36,475 nucleotides of DNA from a virus. Taxonomy: Duplodnaviria; Caudoviricetes. Of this stretch, positions 1-11,200 are shown piece by piece (within the stretch, counting starts at the first letter, position 1; each line of letters starts with the position of its first letter). The position numbers and the translations under genes were made by a program. Below the pieces are notes generated by a model that worked only from the letters and a program-made list of their open reading frames with translations, ran no database searches and was not told the DNA's origin. The stretch spans positions 1 to 36,475 of the IMG/VR virus record IMGVR_UViG_3300033562_000709, one strand, 5' to 3'.

Positions 1-1986
1 GGCAGTTGTTGATGTAGTTCCTAGAGTAAGGTTTGATTTTCCATTAAAGGTATTCCAATCTGTTGAACTTAATGCCCCTGTTGCGCTTGTCGATGAAAGT
101 CCTAAACTAAGCTGCTGATTTAATAATGATAAACCATTTAATGTTCCTAATGTTACATTACCTGTATTTGTTCCAGATAAATTTACTCCAGTTATGTTTC
201 CATCAGCAATAATATCACCATCAACCCTTGCCGTAGTTCCAGATTGACTAATTAGACTCTTTCCCCAACTAGTTCCGCCTGTAAATACAGGTATATTACC
301 AGCAGTGCCAGTTCCGGTGATGGGATTAGTGAGATTTCCTGAATCCCATATTCTTCGCCAAGGGTCCCATGTTGTACCACTGTGGAACCTTCTCCAATAT
401 TTATTAGCAGAACCTAAATCCGTAAATTCTTGTAAAATCCAATCACTCGAATACACATCTTCCGTCAAGATTCCAATGTCGACAGCAGGGGTATTTACCC
501 AACGGTATTCTGCTTTTCGAAATGCGCCTTCAGGATTACGTATGTTTGCATTGTACTCACCACCAATACGGTCGTATTTTGTGTAATTATATGAGGCGAA
601 ACCTCCAAGGAAGTGGGCATTTAAATTTAAGACCATGTTTGTGTTACTCATCGTCCCACCTGACAACGGTAAGTACTCGTGCGTGTGCCCCAACAGACTA
701 TACCTTCCGGAATGATCGCCCCACGAATAAGCGGTTGCCCATTGAGCAATTCTGGAATCAGAATCCGGAAGGTAAGGATGAGTGTGGACCAATCCAGCAG
801 CGTCTGTAATGCCATATCCTAATAACGTAGTTGGTTTATTAACTAACTGATCAAATGATGTATTATGAGGATTTAAATTATATACTTGACTATGATCATA
901 AGCAATTTTACCTCTATCACCTCGATAAGCTGTCGCGAAAGTTTCTCCTAAAGCTAAACTACTACTGATTTCTACATAAGTTGTCCCACTCCATCTATAA
1001 GTTATATTATCATTTAGTGTAATATATATTTTTCCAGATTCACCTATTAAAGGTAAAGAAGAAAAAGTATTATATTCTAATACATCATCAACATAACTAG
1101 GAAGTTGAGTATTTAATACAAACCCATTATTGTCTAATTCAGCTAATCCATTAGGAACTCCTTTTAAATTCTTATCAAGTTTTAATTCTAATGAATCATA
1201 TAATAATTTAGCGGTAGGATATTGGATATTTGTAGATAAACTAGATATAGAAGTTACTTTATTAGAAATGTTTTCTTTAGTATCTATATTAGTAGATAAT
1301 TCTTCTAATGTGTCTTGTACATTTGTAGAAAGTATACTAGTAAAAGGAGTGTTGCTAATATCAGAAGCAGTGGCCTCTAATTTATGAGTATGACTCTTAT
1401 TAGTTACTTCGTTTATAGTTATACCTGTAATAGTAGAAGGCGTTCCTAATATTATTTCTCCTTCTTTAGTAATGGTTTCAAATTCCATTCCATTACCGGC
1501 AGTAATTTCTTTTATAAATTTATATTTATACCAAAGTCCTTCAAAATCAGATGATTTAGGTTCTGCTATTTTTTCTTTACTAATTAAAATAGCCATATAC
1601 TCTAAAGTATCATTTATTGTAGTAGTAAAATCAGCTCCTAACTTATCAGATGCGTATGCAATATAAGTATATACACCAAACGGTACTTCTTTAAAATTTT
1701 CATTAGTTTGTCCTCCAATAAAAGTATAATATTTACTGGTGAAGTTTACTATATTAGCTCTAAACTGAGAAATAGTATATAAATTTTGTGGAATATATCC
1801 TATATTAGGTTCTAATATAACTACAATAGCACCAGGAGTACGTACGTGATTAGGTACTAATTCTGCTAAATATTCTCCAATACTAAGTATTTTAATTTTA
1901 GCACCTTCATTACGGATATTTATTAGTTTTGAATCTACTAAACCTGATTGAATGAAAAATAAAGCTTTATCTAAATTTCTTTGCAT
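1..1986 (-). CDS. Tail fibre / receptor-binding protein, truncated by left window edge (>=662 aa)
   Basis: Manual translation: ATG at 1986, open to position 1. Typical phage fibre motifs QLPSYVDDVLEY, SLALGETFATAYRGDRGKIAYDHSQ, KPTTLLGYGITDA, WATAYSWGDH, GHTH, WRRIWDSGNL, LSGTNTG, SSTDWNTFNGK. Confidence 0.85.
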   Translation of the reverse strand, partial: MQRNLDKALFFIQSGLVDSKLINIRNEGAKIKILSIGEYLAELVPNHVRTPGAIVVILEPNIGYIPQNLYTISQFRANIVNFTSKYYTFIGGQTNENFKEVPFGVYTYIAYASDKLGADFTTTINDTLEYMAILISKEKIAEPKSSDFEGLWYKYKFIKEITAGNGMEFETITKEGEIILGTPSTITGITINEVTNKSHTHKLEATASDISNTPFTSILSTNVQDTLEELSTNIDTKENISNKVTSISSLSTNIQYPTAKLLYDSLELKLDKNLKGVPNGLAELDNNGFVLNTQLPSYVDDVLEYNTFSSLPLIGESGKIYITLNDNITYRWSGTTYVEISSSLALGETFATAYRGDRGKIAYDHSQVYNLNPHNTSFDQLVNKPTTLLGYGITDAAGLVHTHPYLPDSDSRIAQWATAYSWGDHSGRYSLLGHTHEYLPLSGGTMSNTNMVLNLNAHFLGGFASYNYTKYDRIGGEYNANIRNPEGAFRKAEYRWVNTPAVDIGILTEDVYSSDWILQEFTDLGSANKYWRRFHSGTTWDPWRRIWDSGNLTNPITGTGTAGNIPVFTGGTSWGKSLISQSGTTARVDGDIIADGNITGVNLSGTNTGNVTLGTLNGLSLLNQQLSLGLSSTSATGALSSTDWNTFNGKSNLTLGTTSTTA

Positions 1987-1988
1987 AA

Positions 1989-3770
1989 TTAATTTATTTT
2001 TAGGTTAAACATTCCTACAAAATCAGTGGCATATGCATCGGCCTTCATATACACAGTATTATTTCTAAATCCAGTTCTATTGTCAGACCCTACACTACTA
2101 AATTCACTTCTTATATTATTTCCTATACTATCTGTTACAATAAAATTTTTATTAGAAGGAACTGATAAATAAAAGAAGTCCCAGTCATCTTCGTCATGAT
2201 ATATAGGAGCTTCTAAAGATACAAATTCTCCTGGACTATATACAATATTCTTTTCATTAGAAAAATTATAACCTCCTGATGGTCCTGTAGACATTGACAC
2301 TCTATAGGGTACTAAAGGACATTCTGTAGTATTATATTCTGTAGTATATCTAAATTTAGTAGGTACTGTAGGAATCCAAGGTCCGTCTCCTGTTTTAGTT
2401 TCCTCAAATAAGTATAAGAATCTTGTTCCTGTATTCATTCCATCATTTAGTTCACAATAGTCTTTAGAAGAATCTCTTGTTTCTCTAGTAATAACTCCTG
2501 GTATTATAGGAGTTGGACAAGTTGTATAATCTGAATAGTCTCTTGTTTTATCATCGTTATTAGATGTCCAGACAAGAGTTGTTGGATTTTGAGTTTCAGT
2601 GTGATAATAGGTTCTCTTTAATCCTACATTTACACCATTTACTTTAACACATTCTTCATTATCAATAACTTCTCGTGTATTTATTTTAGGTATAGGACAC
2701 ATAGTATAATCTGCAGAATCTCTAGTATTATCATCATTATTAGATACCCATTGTAATGTTTTTGGATCTTTAGTTTCAGTATGATAATAAGTTCTTTTTA
2801 TACCTGTATTAGCATCGTTTACTTTTAAACATTCTTCGTCATCTATTATCTCTCTTGTTTCTATAGGAGGATAAACTTTAACTAATTTTGTGTCATCTCC
2901 CCACAACATAGATAGAATCAATAGATCTTCTATATAACTAATGACTCCCATTAATATATAAATATAACCTTCATATTTTCCTTCAAATCCATATTCTTTA
3001 GTGATAACAATTTCAGCTGTTGTTAAATCCTCTGAAATTGGCACTTTAGCAAAAATATAATGTATTTCTTTATCACTTAAAATTATCTCAGGAGATAACC
3101 CTTCAATATTACCTAATACCTCCCATCTTCTCTCAGGATGGTAATTTTCCGTACCTAATTCTGTAATCTCTGCTTCAGATAATATATACCACTCATGAAT
3201 AAATATCTTACCACTGGTGTATATTATACTCATAGCTTTCTCTGGATTACCAGAGAAAATTACACCCTCTGGGTGCCACTTCACATTTGCCTTAGTACTA
3301 TCTATAATAGTTATAGTAGAAGGAGTTGCGGCAGGTACGTTATAACCAGGAGTAGTATTTTGGTATTGAGGAGTTATATTACAAACACTAGGAGAATCAC
3401 AGGGAATAAATGGTTTGGGAGTAACTATAAAATCTCCTGGAAGACCATTCTTTTTTTCAATTTTTACTGTAGTAGGTATTTGAATGTTAGGAACATAAAT
3501 TATTTCTACATCCTTAGGAATATCTGTTATAATCCCTTCTCCTCCTTTATCATCTATGAGTATATCCTGAACTACCTCAGAGGAAGATTCCTTTGAGGGC
3601 AGTAATAGTTTACTTTCTTTATCTGTATTAGTATTTTGCGTGGAATTAGGTAATTCCACCACCAGATCAGATTGTACTAATGAATTTCTTTTATTACTAA
3701 TAGATATATTTTGACTATATGGCTCAACTGATTGTATTGGAGAGGCCGTAAGCAGTGTTTTTTTGGCCAT
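1989..3770 (-). CDS. Putative virion/tail-associated protein with Cys-paired internal repeats
   Basis: 593-aa ORF co-oriented between portal cluster and fibre gene; two near-identical ~61-aa repeats plus a degenerate third. Confidence 0.65.
   Translation of the reverse strand: MAKKTLLTASPIQSVEPYSQNISISNKRNSLVQSDLVVELPNSTQNTNTDKESKLLLPSKESSSEVVQDILIDDKGGEGIITDIPKDVEIIYVPNIQIPTTVKIEKKNGLPGDFIVTPKPFIPCDSPSVCNITPQYQNTTPGYNVPAATPSTITIIDSTKANVKWHPEGVIFSGNPEKAMSIIYTSGKIFIHEWYILSEAEITELGTENYHPERRWEVLGNIEGLSPEIILSDKEIHYIFAKVPISEDLTTAEIVITKEYGFEGKYEGYIYILMGVISYIEDLLILSMLWGDDTKLVKVYPPIETREIIDDEECLKVNDANTGIKRTYYHTETKDPKTLQWVSNNDDNTRDSADYTMCPIPKINTREVIDNEECVKVNGVNVGLKRTYYHTETQNPTTLVWTSNNDDKTRDYSDYTTCPTPIIPGVITRETRDSSKDYCELNDGMNTGTRFLYLFEETKTGDGPWIPTVPTKFRYTTEYNTTECPLVPYRVSMSTGPSGGYNFSNEKNIVYSPGEFVSLEAPIYHDEDDWDFFYLSVPSNKNFIVTDSIGNNIRSEFSSVGSDNRTGFRNNTVYMKADAYATDFVGMFNLKIN
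2310..2870 (-). repeat. Intragenic tandem repeat, ~61 aa x2 plus one degenerate copy
   Basis: TREIIDDEECLKVNDANTGIKRTYYHTETKDPKTLQWVSNNDDNTRDSADYTMCP vs TREVIDNEECVKVNGVNVGLKRTYYHTETQNPTTLVWTSNNDDKTRDYSDYTTCP. Confidence 0.9.
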
Positions 3771-3780
3771 AATTTAAAAT

Positions 3781-4599
3781 TTAATAATTAACACCTCTAC
3801 AATTACAATTTACTGTTGGATTTGCTAATATGTAGTCTTTACATATACTACAAAATGATACATCATATATTAATTTAGCAGCTTGATAATATTGAGCCGC
3901 TTCTACATAATACTGTATAGTATTAGTTACAGCAAATAATAAATCTCTTTTTTCTCTTAATGATTGAAGTGTTAAATTATTTCTACTACATAGAGGATCA
4001 GTATAATATTTAGAAAATACTTCTAATACTGAATTAAAACAATTTTCTAGGAAACACTTAGATACTAAATTAGATCTTAGTATAACTACATTCGTAGTAG
4101 ACCAATTAGTATCACATGATACTATAGCATCATATAAATTTACTAATTTATCTTCAGATCCAGTAGTTTTAAGCCATATTTTACCATCTGTTTTAACATA
4201 ATATCTATTTGTTGCCGCTGCTTCTGGCTTTGATATAGCAGATTCTTTAGGAATTGCTAACTGATATACACTATAATAACCATCTTCAGAGAAAAAAGTA
4301 TGTTGAGTAATTCCAGATTCATCCATTAAAGTTTCAAAAGTTTTATTTTCATCATAAATAGGAGCTACACCTAAATTACCAGATATTGGTAAATTAGTAA
4401 ATGTCCCACTCCAATTATTTTTTATTAAAAATGTAAAAAATACTATATCATTTATATAATAATTTTTAACTCCTGCTACTATATCAGTGGGTGTTAAAAA
4501 TCCAGTAGTATTACTAGTACTATTATAATAACCGGAGATATTTTCTATTTTTAATCCACAAGTATTCTCAGAACTTAAGTTTGTTTTTATAGTTGCCAT
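3781..4599 (-). CDS. Hypothetical protein, probably structural, with Cys-rich C-terminus
   Basis: 272-aa ORF whose start overlaps the portal stop codon (TAATG). Confidence 0.6.
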   Translation of the reverse strand: MATIKTNLSSENTCGLKIENISGYYNSTSNTTGFLTPTDIVAGVKNYYINDIVFFTFLIKNNWSGTFTNLPISGNLGVAPIYDENKTFETLMDESGITQHTFFSEDGYYSVYQLAIPKESAISKPEAAATNRYYVKTDGKIWLKTTGSEDKLVNLYDAIVSCDTNWSTTNVVILRSNLVSKCFLENCFNSVLEVFSKYYTDPLCSRNNLTLQSLREKRDLLFAVTNTIQYYVEAAQYYQAAKLIYDVSFCSICKDYILANPTVNCNCRGVNY

Positions 4600-6845
4600 T
4601 ATGATATATTTTTAATTTCATTATTATTAGAATTATTATCTACTAATTGAAGTACTTCTGCTTGTACTTGTTTTTCTTTTAAACTGATGCCTCTTTCTTT
4701 ATATTCTTTATCTTGTTTAAGTTTAGTAGCTCCTTGTTCCATTTGCATTTTAAGAGTATCTTGTTTTAATTTTAACTCATCTTGAGATACTTTCTGAGCT
4801 TGTTGAGTAAGTTGTTGAATTTGTGCATTAGCTTCTTTCATTTGTTGCTCATATTGAGCAATTTGTTGTTGCATCTGACTTGTTTGTCCTTGTTCTGCTT
4901 TTACTTTACGTATAGATGTTAAACCTGCTTCTTTAAATTCAGTAAGACTTTCAGTAGTTATAGTATTAAATAATAATTCAGGAGATACTAAACCACCTTT
5001 CATAAGTTCTAGAGTCATTTGTTTAATTAATTCTATATCTTTCACAATTTCAGTACTATCTCCTATATGTACATCATAATCAGTAAATGAAATGTGTTCT
5101 GGTATAATAGTAAAAATTCTAGATAGACGAGATCCCATTATTAAAGATCCTTTAAAAGTTTTATTAATACTAATTTTACTTAAATTAAGTAAATCTGTTA
5201 ATAAGTGTTTAGTTAATCCTTCTAAAGCATTAAAATATTGTTTAGTAATAACAGCTGAGTTTTTAATACCTGTTTGAATATTAGTAACTGCATCTCTTTG
5301 TTCTATATCTCCTAGTTTTTCACGAAAAACACCAGTAATAGCACTACAAATTTCTTCAGTTTGTTGAATAGCTAATTGTATAGCTTGTATAGATTGTCCA
5401 GATACAGTATCATCAAAACCTGAGAAAGTAGTATTTAAAGGAATACCTCTTCCTTCTTGAGCAGAAGAAAACAAAGCATCTCCACCTTTTTTATAAGCTT
5501 TCCATTTTAATAATCTTTCCTCAGGAGTATTACCTAAATAAGTAGGTATCAATGAGGTATCTATCCAATCTCCTTTAACTCCTGAACGAGCAATTAAATT
5601 ATCTCTATAAAAGTGCAATAAATCATATCTATCTTGTAAATTAGCTGTAGCTAAAACCATAGAAAATGGTTTATTATTACGAGTTAATAATTGAATTCCG
5701 TTTATAGATAACGTACAATTATGAGGATCCTCCATAGATCTCACTACATTATCATCTTTACCCATTGATAAGTATATTTGACTACCTATTCTAGCTCCTT
5801 TGTATCTATCAGTTCTATAGTAAATATCACCTTCTTCTGATTCTACTTTATTATTTTCTAACCATTCACAATAATATACGGGGTATTTATTCTCAACAAA
5901 TAAAGGACCATCTAAATAAGGATACATACCTGGGGTAACGGTATCCCCATTACCTATAACACCATTAGCATCTGCTCTAACATAATATACATTATGAGAT
6001 TCTACTTCTAAATTAATACCACTTAATATTTCTAAATCTTCTTTAGTCATATCTTTACCATGTTCTCCTATAATTTCTTCTTTATTCATGTATTTTACAT
6101 AAACAATTCTTCTAGATTTATTTATATAAATAGAATTTTGATTTATTTCCGGAAATACATCATAAGGATTTAATATCTCAGTAGTAGGTAAAGGAGATTT
6201 ATATTTAATATAATTACGATAATAGGCTTGGCCAGCTACTAAAATGTCCTTAAACATCATCTCTCTCTTAGAGTTTAGGTCAATCTCTCTAGATTGAATA
6301 AAAAACTCAACTAGATTTTGTGCTGCTATTTCAAATTCAGAAATAAAATCTCTTTCTGTAATTTCTTTTAATTTTTCTAATTCTTCTTCGGAGGCATTAT
6401 CTATAGATTGACCTGTTTTATCTTTAGAATCTCCAAAAATACTTTTAATATTATCTACAGCTTGTTGTTTTATACGTAACAATTCTGCTTCATAAATTGC
6501 TTTTTGTTTAGCTTCTTCTATTTTAAATAGAGTTTCAGAATCTTTGCATGTAACTTTAGGTTTTAATTTAGATTCTAATAATTCACCTATAAGAGCATCT
6601 ACATGTCTTTTTACTAAAGGTATAAACTCAATAGCTGTTGGAGAACCTATTCCATAATTATCTTCAAGATACTGAAATTGTTCTTTATCTCTAAAGCAAT
6701 TATAATAATTATAAGCTTTTCTTATGTAATCTTTATCATATACTAATTCACTTATCGCTCTATCAATGCAACTTTTTAGATAATCTGGAGAAGATTTTTC
6801 TTTCTCAGATAAAATTCCCATTGTTGTGTAATCGAATGTATTCAT
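4599..6845 (-). CDS. Portal protein (crAss-like)
   Basis: 748 aa; YGIGSPTAIEFIPLVKRHVDALIGE motif, ITGVFREKLGDIEQRDAV segment, Q-rich coiled-coil C-terminus; near TerL. Confidence 0.85.
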   Translation of the reverse strand: MNTFDYTTMGILSEKEKSSPDYLKSCIDRAISELVYDKDYIRKAYNYYNCFRDKEQFQYLEDNYGIGSPTAIEFIPLVKRHVDALIGELLESKLKPKVTCKDSETLFKIEEAKQKAIYEAELLRIKQQAVDNIKSIFGDSKDKTGQSIDNASEEELEKLKEITERDFISEFEIAAQNLVEFFIQSREIDLNSKREMMFKDILVAGQAYYRNYIKYKSPLPTTEILNPYDVFPEINQNSIYINKSRRIVYVKYMNKEEIIGEHGKDMTKEDLEILSGINLEVESHNVYYVRADANGVIGNGDTVTPGMYPYLDGPLFVENKYPVYYCEWLENNKVESEEGDIYYRTDRYKGARIGSQIYLSMGKDDNVVRSMEDPHNCTLSINGIQLLTRNNKPFSMVLATANLQDRYDLLHFYRDNLIARSGVKGDWIDTSLIPTYLGNTPEERLLKWKAYKKGGDALFSSAQEGRGIPLNTTFSGFDDTVSGQSIQAIQLAIQQTEEICSAITGVFREKLGDIEQRDAVTNIQTGIKNSAVITKQYFNALEGLTKHLLTDLLNLSKISINKTFKGSLIMGSRLSRIFTIIPEHISFTDYDVHIGDSTEIVKDIELIKQMTLELMKGGLVSPELLFNTITTESLTEFKEAGLTSIRKVKAEQGQTSQMQQQIAQYEQQMKEANAQIQQLTQQAQKVSQDELKLKQDTLKMQMEQGATKLKQDKEYKERGISLKEKQVQAEVLQLVDNNSNNNEIKNIS

Positions 6846-6847
6846 TT

Positions 6848-7372
6848 TTAAAATTTTGTTGTTTCAATTCTATTCATCCATCCTTTTTTAAATACAGCAA
6901 GTTTTGGATTTTTTGATATAATATCTAAATAATAATTTTGTCTAGCTTTTTTATATTCTTTTACTAAATCTCCTGAATAATTATTAATTAGAAAGGTAGT
7001 ATTTTTACCGATAATTCCATCTTCAGATGTATTTAAAATTCTTTGAAGTAATTTCACAGAAGTACGAGTACCTGCATTAACTCCCATATCGAATAGATGG
7101 AGTTTAAGTTCCTCAGAATTTATACTATCTAAATGTAAAGGACTCCAAAAGAACTTTAAATAAATTTCTTTGGAATCCTCTATTGTAAGTGCTTTAATAT
7201 CATCTTTATCTATATCTCCATCATTATCAATATCTCCATCTACAGGAATTAATCCTTGAAGAAAACGTAAGGAAACACCATATTTAGTGATACCTCCATG
7301 ATCATTAGAATGATCAGTTAATCCTCCCTCGTGTTCTATAATAATATTAAAGTACTCATTAAATTGTCTCAT
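6848..7372 (-). CDS. Glycoside hydrolase family 108 lysozyme with C-terminal PG-binding domain (endolysin candidate)
   Basis: HEGGLTDHSNDHGGITKYGV catalytic motif; FDMGVNAG; DGIIGKNT; FKKGWMNRI. Confidence 0.92.
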   Translation of the reverse strand: MRQFNEYFNIIIEHEGGLTDHSNDHGGITKYGVSLRFLQGLIPVDGDIDNDGDIDKDDIKALTIEDSKEIYLKFFWSPLHLDSINSEELKLHLFDMGVNAGTRTSVKLLQRILNTSEDGIIGKNTTFLINNYSGDLVKEYKKARQNYYLDIISKNPKLAVFKKGWMNRIETTKF

Positions 7373-7398
7373 AATTATTTAGTTTTGAGGGAAACCCT

Positions 7399-7866
7399 CT
7401 ATTTTATAAAATTATCTAAAATATCCCAATATATAATTTCTAGATTAATATCTTTTATACCATCAAAATTTAAATTATATAATACAGTATCATTCTCTTT
7501 TTGCAAAAATTCATTGTATTCTTCTATTAATTTATTTCTAGTACTTTTTTCTTCTTCTGTAGATTGCAAAAAACCTAAATTAAAAATCTTATTTTGTTTA
7601 CCTATTTCTGATAAGTTTTCTATTTCTAATTTTTCTTTTTTGACTAATTTCTCAAATTCTTTTAAACCATTCTGATATATAGAAGTTTCAATTTCTTTTA
7701 ATTGTTTTGGAGAAGCTTCGTCTATATTTTCAACAGCCTTTGTAAGAATCTTATTATTTCTAATTAATCCGTAATTTAAATAAGAGTTGGTTATTTTACT
7801 TTCTACTATATGTTGTAGAAGATTATCTAAATTTATTTTTAGATTTTTAATTTCAAAATGTTTCAT
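7399..7866 (-). CDS. Hypothetical protein
   Basis: 155-aa ORF, co-oriented, preceded by a TAnnTTTG element. Confidence 0.7.
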   Translation of the reverse strand: MKHFEIKNLKINLDNLLQHIVESKITNSYLNYGLIRNNKILTKAVENIDEASPKQLKEIETSIYQNGLKEFEKLVKKEKLEIENLSEIGKQNKIFNLGFLQSTEEEKSTRNKLIEEYNEFLQKENDTVLYNLNFDGIKDINLEIIYWDILDNFIK

Positions 7867-7894
7867 ATTAATATTTATTAGTTCATATATTTCA

Positions 7895-7902
7895 CAAATA
7901 TA
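7895..7902 (-). promoter_or_regulatory. Bacteroidota sigma70-type -7 element (TATATTTG)
   Basis: Matches TAnnTTTG, intergenic, ~30 nt upstream of ATG 7866. Confidence 0.6.
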
Positions 7903-7925
7903 ATAATATTTTTCTTTATAAAAAA

Positions 7926-8219
7926 TTATTGTGGTCTTTTATCAATACCATCTGTTTGTATTAATTTAAAATACTTTACGTCATACGGATATCTATTAGT
8001 AGATAATTCTTTCAAAACATAGGTTAAAAATTCATCTAATGTTTTGAATTGACCCATTAAATTTAAAGGTCTATTATCTTGATTAAAAGGCATTTTACAT
8101 AAAAAAGTAATATACTCTCCTTCTATTTCGGATGTTACTGTCACATCATTAAGATATTCTACATTATATTTAGTCCGATAGAAATCTTTAATTGCTTTAT
8201 TAAAACTGATTATATCCAT
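7926..8219 (-). CDS. Hypothetical protein
   Basis: 97-aa ORF overlapping the TerL end. Confidence 0.7.
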   Translation of the reverse strand: MDIISFNKAIKDFYRTKYNVEYLNDVTVTSEIEGEYITFLCKMPFNQDNRPLNLMGQFKTLDEFLTYVLKELSTNRYPYDVKYFKLIQTDGIDKRPQ

Positions 8220-11200
8220 TTAGTGCTGCATTTAAGTGTTTATTATTATTTTTATCTGGAATAATGCCATATTTTTTCTTACCATTTTCATAATAGAATC
8301 CAATATCTTTTATACCTTCTATTTCTATTAATTCTTTTTTAGGAACTATACCCATTAATTCCTCATCCCCTATCTCACACATACCCATTGACGCAACTAA
8401 GTCGTACTTTCCTTTCTTCTCCCAACTATAATTTTGTAATTGTTCAATCATTTCAACAAAACCTATAAGATGACAATAGTCTTTAATATAAGCATCAATT
8501 AAGTCGATTGCATGAAGAATCATTTTTTCTGTACCTTGTGTACCAAATGCGTTAGGAGGTCGTCTAGAATCGCCTTGAATTGCGTATTGAGGGCGTTTCA
8601 TTAATAAATGTAACCAATGCTTTTCTCTATAGTATCCTATTATACCAATTTTAGTATCTTCAAGATTAGCTTTACAATTATACATAGTTAGAAGTTGGGC
8701 ACATTTCTCGTATGCTTCCCTTATATCGTAGGGCCTATCCATGTAGTATGCTACATATTTATCTCCTTCCATACCAAAGGTTCTCTTTTTTATAGTAACA
8801 CAAAACTTAGAACCCTTATCATCCATAGAATCACCTAAAGCTTTATCAATAGAGTCAATACCAGCTACATATAAATCTTTTATATGTTGATTATTATCAT
8901 CTAATACAGGCATTTCTAAAATGTGTGTATTACCATTTGAAGCTTCTATAAATTTAGCTCCAATAACTCTACTAGTAGAATTATTATTAGCGTCTTTTTC
9001 ATAATCCCATTTAGTATAACCGTGTTTTACAATAGGAGTAGATTTATTAAAAGTAATTTCTGTATATTGATCAGCTAATTTTTCTTGGTCAAAATTATTA
9101 TTACCTTGTCTTGATAGCGCTTCTTCTGGATAAAAGCAATATTCCGCACAATACTTTGAATATGTATTAAAATCTTTTCTTTTAACGTCTCGTATTTTAT
9201 TATAATATGCTTTAGCTTTCTCTTCGTCAACTACTCCTCTTTTATCCATATGATCCATTACAGTAGCCCAAGCTGGAAGAAAGTATCCTGTTAATGAAGT
9301 ATCTCCTTTAATAGTATTTTTATGTTTATAAGGAAGTACTCCGAAAGTAATAGGATCTAGAAACATTTTTTCAAGACCTTCTAAGTAAGGACCTTCAGAA
9401 CCACCAGTATTATGTGTAATAATACCATTAGCTATATAAGTGTTTGTGACACCTGCTGTTAAATTATATACATCTTGTTCCCCTAAAAATTCTATATTAG
9501 TTATTCTTTCATATCTAATTCCTTCTATATCTTTTGATCTTTTTGGAGTTTTATTTTTAAAATGATCTACAGAAGAATCTAATTTAACTTGTTTATTTTT
9601 AGGATAGAATTTCAAATGTTTGTGAAAATTTAACACACTATCTTTATCAGCAACTACAAATCGGTAGTAATCATTTCTATCTAATGGATTATTTTCTTTC
9701 TTTTTAATTTTAGTAATTGAACCATGAATACCTAGTTTCATTAATAACATTTTTACTTCTAGCATTAATGAATGATAGGCACATGATAAATCTATTACTA
9801 TTCTTTTTGAGTTAACACATATACTTCCATCAGTATCAAAAAATCCTCCTAGTACTTCACAAATATCTTCCTTAGTGTACGAATGAATGTCTTTAGGTAA
9901 AGTCTTCTTTCCTCTAGTCTGGCCATATATTCCAAGTTCTCTTAATTTATGGCAAATTCCTTTAATTCTTAGTTCATTATATTCCTTACCTAATTTAGTA
10001 GTATAACTTCTTTCTATTTTATAATCAAAATTTGCTTTAACATAATTTAATATTTCTTCCTCGCAATTAGATAATACAGGAGTTTTATCAAAACCATATG
10101 ATCCATCTCCAATTAACCATCCTACTAATCTTGGTTCCCACATTTTTTTTGTTCCAAATATAGGCACTTCATCTACTATAGCAACTTGATCTCCTAGTTT
10201 TAGATCTTTTGTTTCTTTAAATTTAACTATTTTTTTATTATTTTTATGAGAACCTCTTCTTAAATATACCTCACTATATAAAATAGGATGATCCTCACTA
10301 CATTCTAATGTCCTACTAGTATGTGTTGTTATTCTATAACAAGGCTTTTTTGCTGGTGGTTGCCAGTAAGTAATAGATTCTTTAGATACTTTTCCTGTTT
10401 CTTGATCAAATCCCAGTATTCCATTCTCAGGAATTACATTCTCAATGTTTATAAAATCTCCTTGATTGTTCCATACTTTTGTTCCTTTACATACGCATCC
10501 CCACGCTACTCTACAACCATGTCTTCTACCATTTATTATGACAAGAGCTTCTCCTACAATCCAAGTACTACCTAAACAAGGATTACTACCAGACTCTTCA
10601 AAAAATAATCTATCTACACGATCTCCCCTTAATTTATCAGGTCTATCTACAACTTGTCCAGAAATAATTGCCATGTGCCCTGATTCTTCTCCTGTTTTAT
10701 CTTTCATACAAGCTTTCTTTGTGAAGTCATCATTTTTTCCCATACGTACTCTACGCATTCCTCCACCTGTATTTTGATTCAACCAGTCTAATTGTTTCCA
10801 ACATTTACCAAGTACTCCTTTTGGTGCTTCTAAATGGCTTAAAGCGTATGCTACATAAAGTGCATTATATCCTTTAGTTGTAGTATAAGGACGTACACCA
10901 AGAGATGCTGCTATCTCAGAGGCACCAACTCCCCTGGCTTTTAATATTACAGAGTCATATCCTAAAACTTCACATAATTCTATATAATGAAAAAATTCAT
11001 AGTGAGCTGCCCAAAATTCAGGTCTACCGTCTTTACGACCTGAACCTGCCTTTTTACCAGCTTCTGATTTTAACATTGTATAAAAATTTAAGAAAAAATA
11101 ATGGTCTCCTGTAACTCTATATCCATCTACTTCTAGTCCTTTATCACATAATCTATGTTGATTTTCCCACCAATCTTTAAAAGCTTTAGATTGAGTAGGA

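Noticed and set aside
305-1666. Four plus-strand ORFs in the track
   Set aside because: Shadows of the continuous minus-strand tail-fibre ORF 1-1986.
1-1986. Diversity-generating retroelement targeting the fibre
   Set aside because: No reverse transcriptase and no TR/VR pair differing at adenines seen in this window.
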